A stretch of 59,529 bases of DNA, from positions 1-59,529 of the forward strand of contig JAEWNB010000061.1 of assembly GCA_023392945.1 (NCBI GenBank). The letters run 5' to 3'. Below are positions 48,544-56,213 of this stretch, piece by piece; the first letter of the stretch is position 1; each line of letters starts with the position of its first letter. Position numbers and translations under genes: made by a program. Origin of the DNA: Bacteroidota bacterium. GTDB taxonomy: Bacteria; Bacteroidota; Bacteroidia; Bacteroidales; WCHB1-69. Under the pieces are notes generated by a model that searched no databases, was not told the DNA's origin, and worked only from the letters and a program-made list of their open reading frames with translations.

Positions 48544-49527
48544 TTAATTTTTATTCAAAGCCTCAAATATTAATTCTGAATAAAAATCTACAATATTGAT
48601 GTTTAGAAATTTAACTTGGCGCGGAATAATACTCATGGCTGTCTGACCGGGAATGGTATTAATTTCCAGAAAAAAGGGAATTCCTTCAGGAGTAAGGATA
48701 TAATCAATTCTTACAACACCCTTACATCCCAATTTTTTAAATACAATTTCTGAATATTCTTTTATTTTATTTTCTGTTGACTTGTCAATATCAGCAGGGG
48801 TGTCTAATTCCAAATATCCGGGAGTATATTTAGCCTGGTAGTCGTAATATTCCTTTTTGCTTTTCACTTCTGTAACGGCTAATGGAGTCACTATTCCCTT
48901 GATGGTGGCCACTCCGCAAGTCATTTCCCTCCCCGGTATGAATTTTTCAATCATTAACTGATTGTCGTATTGAAAGGCCGTAGCGATTCCACTTATTAAT
49001 TCTTCCGTATTATGAGCCTTGGTTACTCCAACACTAGATCCCGAATTACATGGCTTAATAAAGCATGGGAATCCGCATCTGTCAATAATGTGTTCGTAAT
49101 TAATAGCTTCATCTTTATAATAATGAATGGATGGAGCAATTGGAATTCCAAAGTTGGCAACAGCAATGTTGCAAAAGTATTTATTGAAAGTTATGGCCGA
49201 AGTAAACATATCGCAACCGGTATATGGAATTCCAAGCATTTCAAAATAGCCCTGAAATTTTCCATTTTCGCCCGGAGTCCCATGAATTGCAATAAAGACA
49301 GCATCAAAGTAAATCTTGTCAGAACCTAATAAAAGAGAAAAATCATTTCTGTCAAGCTGAATTTTTTGTCCGCTATTATCAGTGTAAAACCATTCAACAC
49401 CCTGAACAAGAATCAAATAAGGAGTAAATTTATCTTTATCGAGAACGTTATAAATGTTGTCGGCTGTTTTTAATGAAATTTCATATTCGCCTGAATTTCC
49501 ACCTGCTAAAATTGCAATATTTTTCAT
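48544..49527 (-). CDS. ddl: D-alanine--D-alanine ligase
   Basis: GGNSGEYEISL, HGTPGENG, ATP-grasp segment, EINTIPG. Confidence 0.93.
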   Translation of the reverse strand: MKNIAILAGGNSGEYEISLKTADNIYNVLDKDKFTPYLILVQGVEWFYTDNSGQKIQLDRNDFSLLLGSDKIYFDAVFIAIHGTPGENGKFQGYFEMLGIPYTGCDMFTSAITFNKYFCNIAVANFGIPIAPSIHYYKDEAINYEHIIDRCGFPCFIKPCNSGSSVGVTKAHNTEELISGIATAFQYDNQLMIEKFIPGREMTCGVATIKGIVTPLAVTEVKSKKEYYDYQAKYTPGYLELDTPADIDKSTENKIKEYSEIVFKKLGCKGVVRIDYILTPEGIPFFLEINTIPGQTAMSIIPRQVKFLNINIVDFYSELIFEALNKN

Positions 49528-49549
49528 TTTTGATATTTATAGAGCCTCG

Positions 49550-49557
49550 CAAAAGTA
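49550..49557 (-). promoter_or_regulatory. -7 box TACTTTTG (minus strand) upstream of ddl
   Basis: The plus strand reads CAAAAGTA, about 23 nt upstream of the ddl ATG. Confidence 0.45.
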
Positions 49558-49648
49558 CAAAAAATATATGAAATTTTTGTTTTCTTATACCGGATTTGTG
49601 AACAACAGTTTGTTGAATTGTCGTAAGGAAATGTTACATATTTTTTTG

Positions 49649-49656
49649 TATTTTTG
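49649..49656 (+). promoter_or_regulatory. -7 box TATTTTTG upstream of PASTA gene
   Basis: Exact motif in the divergent ddl/PASTA intergenic region. Confidence 0.45.
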
Positions 49657-49712
49657 TGCCCAATTATAATAATTAAGCAGTTTTTTTGTTTATATGTTTT
49701 AAGAAATTATTT

Positions 49713-50306
49713 ATGGGAAAGTTTAAAGATTTTTTTAAACACGACAGATTGGGATTTCATCTATTACTTGCTCTCGGAATCACTATATTCCTGATTGTTG
49801 TTGCTTTGATTTTTTTAAGAATTTATACTCGTCATGGGCAGGAAGTAGAAATGCCCAATTTTATCGGAAAAGATTCAAAATTATTAATCCAAAATATTTC
49901 TTCTGCTGATTTTATTATGGTAGTTTCAGATTATGTTTATGATAAATCACAGCCGGAAGGAATTGTTTTAAAACAAAATCCTCAGGCAAAGGAGAAGGTT
50001 AAAATGGGTAGGAAAGTATATCTTACAGTTGCCTCTTCAATTCCCCCAAAAGTTAAAATGCCTGAGTTGAAAGATGTTTCGCAACGGCAGGCTGAGATTA
50101 TGCTGAAAGCAATAGGACTTGAAATCGGGGGTGTTATCTATAAAGCAAGCCCTTTTGAAAATGCTGTGCTTGAGCAACTTTATAAAGGCCGTGCGATTGC
50201 TGCCGGAACTGAAATTAGTATGGGTGAATCTGTAACGCTTGTTGTGGGAAAAGATATTAATGATTTGCCAGAATCAAAAGACTCTTTGATGAATATTCAG
50301 GAATGA
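49713..50306 (+). CDS. PASTA-domain membrane protein
   Basis: N-terminal TM then two PASTA-like repeats (MPNFIGK..., MPELKDVSQRQAE...). Start set at ATG 49713. Confidence 0.68.
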   Translation: MGKFKDFFKHDRLGFHLLLALGITIFLIVVALIFLRIYTRHGQEVEMPNFIGKDSKLLIQNISSADFIMVVSDYVYDKSQPEGIVLKQNPQAKEKVKMGRKVYLTVASSIPPKVKMPELKDVSQRQAEIMLKAIGLEIGGVIYKASPFENAVLEQLYKGRAIAAGTEISMGESVTLVVGKDINDLPESKDSLMNIQE

Positions 50307-50372
50307 TTATTCACCAATTTGAATTAAACAATTAAGGTTAAAATAAATGGTTTTTTTGAAAATGAATATTCT

Positions 50373-52523
50373 ATGAAGCGCTATTACTGTTGTAAGTTAT
50401 TTTTTGTTTTAATTTTCGTTTTATGTTTTGCAAATTTTCTCGCAGCACAAGAAGTTTTAATAGATCTTCCAAATAATATTCAGCTTTTAAAAGAATCAAA
50501 AAATGTTCACGTTAAATCTGCAACAACTAATGCTGAACCCGTTAAACTACCTTTTATTGATGATTTTTCTGATTATAATCTATATCCTAATCCCCTGTTA
50601 TGGGAAGATAAGCAAGGTTTTGTCAATTCCACTTTTCCTATTAATCCACCCTCAATCGGTGTGGTTACATTAGATGCCCTTGATGAGTTCGGGAAAATTT
50701 ATAGCCATGCTTCAGAGTCGCCTTTTCCTGCTGACACTCTTACTTCACATGCCATAAGACTGGATTCAGTTTTTAACCCAAATAGACCAGTTGGGATACA
50801 AGATTCGGTTTATTTTAGTTTTTATTATCAACCGGGAGGTGGAACCTTTTCTCATCCTTATCTTGAATGGGAAAGAATTGGAAATAGACCGGATAACGAA
50901 GATAAACTGATTCTTGAATTCGGATATGCAACCGGAGATACTATTTTTACCGGTTATTCTTATGCTGAATATACTCTAGGTGAAGGAGAATCATATGTGA
51001 TAGGAGATTCTCTTGAAAACCCTTTTATTCTTGGAACTTATTATATTTTTGAATCAAATGCTTTCCCCGGTCAGACCATATTATTACCTTTTGATTCACT
51101 TTTCGGTCCTGAAAAAATTTGGAGTGAGGTTTGGTCATCCAATGGCTGTAAACTGGATGATTGGCTGGATGCAGATTCTTTAAGGTTGACCTATTTTAAA
51201 CAGGTGCTTGTCCCAATTACGGATCCTATATATTTTCGTAATAATTTTCAGTTCAGATTCCGAAATTATGCCAGTCTTGAGCCAAACGGAGTTGCCGGTT
51301 GGGCAAGTAATGTTGACCAATGGCACATTGATTATATTATTCTTAATATTAACAGAACTAAAGATGATATCTATCCCAATGATATTTCTTTTGTCCTTCC
51401 TACTACTACTTTTCTTAATAAATATTATTCAATGCCTTGGAATCAATTTCAAGCATCCGATATGAAAAGTGCTTTTAATAATCAACTTGCAAATATTTCA
51501 AATACAACTAAAAATACAAGCTATTCTTATCATGTTGAAAAAAACGGAAGCCAGACAGTTGGAAATTATGTAAGCAATAATGAAAATGCATATTCTTATT
51601 ACCCAAATGGTTTCCATACCTATCCTATGCATGCCAATCCCTCTGTAAACTTTGCAATTTCGTATGATAATCAGGATAGTGCAACTTTCTTGGTGACTCA
51701 TATTTTTCAAGTTGTAGGAGGAACCGGTGATGCACGTCATCAAAATGACACCTCTTTTTTTGAACAGAAATTTTATAATTATTATGCGTATGATGACGGA
51801 ACTGCTGAGGCAGGCTATTCTCTCCTCTCCACTATGGCTTCTCCTGAAGCTTCATTTGCTGTAAAATTTACATTGGCTCAGCCCGATACATTGCGTTGTG
51901 TAAGAATGTGGTTTAACAGTGTTCTTGAAAATGCCAATTTTGATAATTTTACACTGAAAGTATGGGATGATGATGACGGTTTCCCCGGAAATGAATTATA
52001 TTCTTCTGAATCACTGCTCCCTTCTCAAAGCTCTGATTTTCTTGATTTTGTGAGTTATTTTTTGGAAGAACCTTTGTTTGTTTCAGGTACTTTTTATGTT
52101 GGCTTTTATCAAAATCACGATACACAACTTAATATTGGATTTGACCAGAATAGTGATGCTCGAGGAAACTTTTTTTATAAAACTGCTGATGAATGGGTTG
52201 AATCTTTCTTTAAAGGAGCTCCTATGATTAGACCGGTATTGGGTAAATATTTTAATCCGGTATCTGTTCCAAATATCTCTCCGCTAACTTTTTCGGCTTT
52301 TCCTAATCCAACTTCTCATTATGTTACCATTAAACTAAGTGATGATAGCTATAATTTTGATAAAGTCATTATATACGATATGTATGGAAAACTTTTGAAA
52401 ACCTATTCATGTACCCAAAATACCAATGTCATTGATTTATCTTCTTTTGCACCTGGTATCTATGTTTTGCAATTAGTTAGTGAAAGTAAAATTTTGGGTA
52501 TTTCAAAAATTGTCAAACTATAA
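50373..52523 (+). CDS. Secreted protein with T9SS type-A C-terminal sorting domain, function unknown
   Basis: Signal peptide. C-terminal FPNPTSHYVTIKL...IYDMYGKLL...FAPGIYVLQLVSE...KIVKL. Confidence 0.75.
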   Translation: MKRYYCCKLFFVLIFVLCFANFLAAQEVLIDLPNNIQLLKESKNVHVKSATTNAEPVKLPFIDDFSDYNLYPNPLLWEDKQGFVNSTFPINPPSIGVVTLDALDEFGKIYSHASESPFPADTLTSHAIRLDSVFNPNRPVGIQDSVYFSFYYQPGGGTFSHPYLEWERIGNRPDNEDKLILEFGYATGDTIFTGYSYAEYTLGEGESYVIGDSLENPFILGTYYIFESNAFPGQTILLPFDSLFGPEKIWSEVWSSNGCKLDDWLDADSLRLTYFKQVLVPITDPIYFRNNFQFRFRNYASLEPNGVAGWASNVDQWHIDYIILNINRTKDDIYPNDISFVLPTTTFLNKYYSMPWNQFQASDMKSAFNNQLANISNTTKNTSYSYHVEKNGSQTVGNYVSNNENAYSYYPNGFHTYPMHANPSVNFAISYDNQDSATFLVTHIFQVVGGTGDARHQNDTSFFEQKFYNYYAYDDGTAEAGYSLLSTMASPEASFAVKFTLAQPDTLRCVRMWFNSVLENANFDNFTLKVWDDDDGFPGNELYSSESLLPSQSSDFLDFVSYFLEEPLFVSGTFYVGFYQNHDTQLNIGFDQNSDARGNFFYKTADEWVESFFKGAPMIRPVLGKYFNPVSVPNISPLTFSAFPNPTSHYVTIKLSDDSYNFDKVIIYDMYGKLLKTYSCTQNTNVIDLSSFAPGIYVLQLVSESKILGISKIVKL

Positions 52524-52538
52524 TTTTCCCCATTTTTT

Positions 52539-53288
52539 ATGCATCAGGATAATATTATATATGGACTAAGACCTCTGTTGGAAGCCATTAAAAGTGATAA
52601 AACTATCGACAAAGTATTATTTCAAAAAGGGCTAAAAGGAGATCTTTTTAAGGAGCTTTTTTATCTTGTTCGCCAAAATGGAATTCCTTTTCAATATGTG
52701 CCGGTTGAAAAAATAAATAAATTTACACATGCCAACCATCAGGGTGTTGTTGCCTTTATTTCAGCAATTGAGTATCAGGATATTTTTTCTATTTTGCCTT
52801 CCATATTTGAAAAGGGAAAGGTTCCTTTTCTTCTTATTTTGGACAAAATTACTGATGTCCGTAATATTGGAGCAATTGCCCGTTCGGCGGAATGTGCTGC
52901 AGTTGACGCCATAATATTGCCCCTAAAAGGAGGTGCTCAACTCAATGAAGATGCTGTTAAAAGTTCAGCCGGAGCCTTGCATTCTATCCCGGTTTGCCGT
53001 CATTCTAATTTAGTCGAAATTATACAATTCCTTCAAGATTCTGGAGTTGAGGTTGTGGCCGTAACAGAAAAGGCAAAACATTACTATTTTGAAAAAGATT
53101 TCACCAAACCACTTTGTTTGATTATGGGGAATGAGTATGAGGGTATTGCTTGGGATTATCAAAGAATATGTAATGATGCTGTAAACATACCTATGCTTGG
53201 TACTATTGAATCACTAAATGTATCTGTTGCAACAGGTATTGTGCTCTTTGAAGTGGCCAAACAAAGACTAAATGATATTGGTGTTTAG
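52539..53288 (+). CDS. rlmB: 23S rRNA (guanosine-2'-O)-methyltransferase, SpoU/TrmH family (RlmB-like)
   Basis: L30e-like N-terminal domain plus SpoU motifs (DKITDVRNIGAIARSA, MGNEYEGI, SLNVSVATGIVLFE). Confidence 0.83.
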   Translation: MHQDNIIYGLRPLLEAIKSDKTIDKVLFQKGLKGDLFKELFYLVRQNGIPFQYVPVEKINKFTHANHQGVVAFISAIEYQDIFSILPSIFEKGKVPFLLILDKITDVRNIGAIARSAECAAVDAIILPLKGGAQLNEDAVKSSAGALHSIPVCRHSNLVEIIQFLQDSGVEVVAVTEKAKHYYFEKDFTKPLCLIMGNEYEGIAWDYQRICNDAVNIPMLGTIESLNVSVATGIVLFEVAKQRLNDIGV

Positions 53289-53315
53289 TTTTTCTTTTAT
53301 GTAAGATTTTTAATT

Positions 53316-53804
53316 ATGACAATCGGCATACTTTCCGACACACATGGTTACCTCCATCCTAATATTTTCTCTTTCTTTGAAAAATGTGATGAAATATGGC
53401 ATGCCGGTGATATCGGAAATAGCGAAATTCTTGATCAACTGGAATTAATTGCTCCTGTTAAAGCAGTTTTTGGAAATTGTGATGACTGGTCAGTCAGAAG
53501 TCAGATTCCCGAATTTATGGTTTTTCCTTGTCAGGAACATAAAATTGCTTTAATGCATATCGTGGGTTCTCCCGGATTCTATTATTCTAAATCAATTGAA
53601 ATTATTAAAAAGGAGAAACCTACTGTTTTTATTGCAGGTCATTCTCATATTCTTAAAGTGATGAATGATACAAAAAATAATTTGCTTTTTATTAATCCGG
53701 GATCAGCAGGAAGATACGGCATTCATAACAGGTTAACTTTTCTTCGATTTAAGATTAGCGGGAAAATAATTAGTGATCTTGAAATTTATGATGAACCAAA
53801 ATAA
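53316..53804 (+). CDS. Metallophosphoesterase, YfcE/MJ0936 family
   Basis: SDTHG, HAGD, GNCD, GHSH motif series. Confidence 0.85.
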   Translation: MTIGILSDTHGYLHPNIFSFFEKCDEIWHAGDIGNSEILDQLELIAPVKAVFGNCDDWSVRSQIPEFMVFPCQEHKIALMHIVGSPGFYYSKSIEIIKKEKPTVFIAGHSHILKVMNDTKNNLLFINPGSAGRYGIHNRLTFLRFKISGKIISDLEIYDEPK

Positions 53805-53814
53805 TAGTAAAATA

Positions 53815-54738
53815 ATGATTCATGATATTATTACTATTCTAGGCCCAACTGCTACTGGAAAAACTCGGTTGGCTGCTCTTTTGGCAAAAGAATTAAAAGC
53901 TGAAATTGTCAGTGCCGATTCCCGTCAGGTTTATCGTGATATGAATATTGGAACAGGAAAAGATCTTGACGACTACAGAATAGGAAATATAACGATTCCT
54001 TACCATCTGATTGATATTGTAAATCCGGGATTGGAATACAATATTTTTCTATATCAACAGGATGCGGTTAAGGCTATTAATTATATCCAATCTAAAAAAA
54101 AACAGGTAATTCTTTGTGGGGGTAGTGGAATGTATATTGAAGCTTTGTTGAAAGGTTACAAACTCTTTCCTGTTCCTGAAAATCAATTACTTAGAAAAGA
54201 AGTTGAGCAAAAATCCGAAGAAGAATTAATAAGTTTACTTACCTCTTTTCGTACTATTCATAACGTTACTGATACTTGCGAACATTCTAGATTGCTCCGA
54301 GCTATCGAAATAGAATATTATTATCGCGAACATCCTGAATTAAGTGAGTTTGCCAAACCGATACCATCGCTAATTTTTGGATTAAAAGGAGACAGAGATT
54401 TAATCAGAAATAAAATTACTTTACGCCTTAAGCATCGTTTAGAAAATGGGATGATTGAAGAAGTGGACAATTTGATAAAAAGAGGTGTTAATCCCAATTT
54501 ACTAATAAGATATGGCCTTGAATATAAATTTATCACCCTGTTTTTACTCAAAGAAATAGATTATAATACTTTATTTAAACAACTTAATACTGCAATTCAT
54601 CAATTTTCGAAAAGGCAGATGACCTGGTTCCGAAAAATGGAACGCAATGGTTTTAAAATTAATTGGATAGATATTTCTCTTGATGAGGAAGAAAAAATTA
54701 GATTAATCAAAGACTTTCTGAGAATTCAGAATCCCTAG
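53815..54738 (+). CDS. miaA: tRNA dimethylallyltransferase
   Basis: P-loop GPTATGKT, SADSRQVYRDMNIGT. Alternative upstream ATGs at 53788 and 53791 overlap the previous gene. Confidence 0.9.
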   Translation: MIHDIITILGPTATGKTRLAALLAKELKAEIVSADSRQVYRDMNIGTGKDLDDYRIGNITIPYHLIDIVNPGLEYNIFLYQQDAVKAINYIQSKKKQVILCGGSGMYIEALLKGYKLFPVPENQLLRKEVEQKSEEELISLLTSFRTIHNVTDTCEHSRLLRAIEIEYYYREHPELSEFAKPIPSLIFGLKGDRDLIRNKITLRLKHRLENGMIEEVDNLIKRGVNPNLLIRYGLEYKFITLFLLKEIDYNTLFKQLNTAIHQFSKRQMTWFRKMERNGFKINWIDISLDEEEKIRLIKDFLRIQNP

Positions 54739-56174
54739 AATCTGAAACCGAAAGTGGCAAAGACTTTGTGATTAATATAGGTGTTGTTGGAAGCTTCTAC
54801 TAATTCAGGATTGTATAACCAATAGTTTTCAGTTGAATATTTGAAAACATAGGCTAAATCAAAGAAGAAAGATTTAGTTCTTATGCCAAATCCCAAAGAT
54901 CCCAAATGTGAAGTGCCGGTGTTGATTTCATTCTTGTAAGGAGAACTCTTGAAATTGTATCCAAGTCGAATTAAGAAATTTTCCGATAAATAGACTTCTG
55001 TACCGACACGAACAATATTTGATATTCCATATTTTTCCTGAATATTTTTGTTTTCATCTGAAAAGGAATAATCATTGGCATACATGTAGGCCATTCCGTA
55101 ATCTACAAATTCATATTCTGCGCTAATAAAAGCACGCTTGTTGATAAAAAAAGCAAGACTTCCGATTGCACGGAGAGGAGTGGTAAGTTTGTAGTTATAC
55201 TGATTTTCGTATGAAGCCGAATATTCTTCTCCTGCATCACTATAAGAGGTTATTTCTCTATAAAATTTATCTGAAATACTGTTAAAATAAGTTGGAGTGT
55301 GAAAAGCTGCGCCAATTCTCATGAATTTGAAAGGTTGGTATAAAATGCCTAGTTTTAAGTTAATGCCAGTTCCTTTTACAATAAGTTCGTCATCTATTGT
55401 ATAAGAATCCATTCCACCTACTGTCATCTCTTCATCAATTTCTTCGTAACTGGAAATTTCCTTATAATGTAAAAATGGTATTCCCATTGTTGCCCCAATA
55501 AATATACGATCATCATAATTTCCTCCAACAGAAAAAGACATTTCATCTATTCCACCACTTGTTTTGGTATATTTACTTTGAGCTAGATTTGATCCGCTGA
55601 AGGGAGAATAATAATGGTTGTCGTCACCTGGTAAAGTGTCTATTAACCAAGTTTCCCAAGCTACAAGATTATCCCCATATAAGTTTTGAAAATTTGTTGA
55701 ATTAGCATTGTTGACAAATGCATCAGTCATTGAACTCCCTATTGAGGTTCCTTCTACAAGGCTGGTATTATTAAAATCAGTATTTCTATTATATCCAAAT
55801 CCAAATTGAATTGCATTCCATTTGGAGTTTGGAATTTCATTAGTTTTAAAGATCATTCCTAAATTGGTAATACTATAGTTTGATGAAATATATCGTGACT
55901 CAGTATTGAAATAGTTTGCTTTGCTGTTAAAAACAGAAATTACAATAGGAGTAAAAGAAATTTCATTTTTTTTAAAAACACCAATAGATGCAGGGTTAGT
56001 GCTTAATGCTGAAAAGTCAGCTCCAACTGCTCCAAAAGCACCCCCGGCTCCCATAAAGCGCGCTGTTCCTTCCCAATTATTTTGAGAAAATCTGAATGCA
56101 TCAATGTCATTTTGAGCATTTATAAATACAATGCAAAAACCAAATACGATACTCAAAAACAATTTCTTTTTCAT
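54735..56174 (-). CDS. FadL/PorV-like outer-membrane beta-barrel, function unknown
   Basis: Signal peptide. GTARFMGAGGAFGAVGADFSALSTNPA motif as in FadL/UPF0164/PorV-type barrels. Beta-strand periodicity. Terminal aromatic (FGFRF). Confidence 0.58.
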   Translation of the reverse strand: MKKKLFLSIVFGFCIVFINAQNDIDAFRFSQNNWEGTARFMGAGGAFGAVGADFSALSTNPASIGVFKKNEISFTPIVISVFNSKANYFNTESRYISSNYSITNLGMIFKTNEIPNSKWNAIQFGFGYNRNTDFNNTSLVEGTSIGSSMTDAFVNNANSTNFQNLYGDNLVAWETWLIDTLPGDDNHYYSPFSGSNLAQSKYTKTSGGIDEMSFSVGGNYDDRIFIGATMGIPFLHYKEISSYEEIDEEMTVGGMDSYTIDDELIVKGTGINLKLGILYQPFKFMRIGAAFHTPTYFNSISDKFYREITSYSDAGEEYSASYENQYNYKLTTPLRAIGSLAFFINKRAFISAEYEFVDYGMAYMYANDYSFSDENKNIQEKYGISNIVRVGTEVYLSENFLIRLGYNFKSSPYKNEINTGTSHLGSLGFGIRTKSFFFDLAYVFKYSTENYWLYNPELVEASNNTYINHKVFATFGFRF

Positions 56175-56213
56175 AATTATTTTATTTTAATGAGAAAAAA
56201 CTATTAAATGGAA

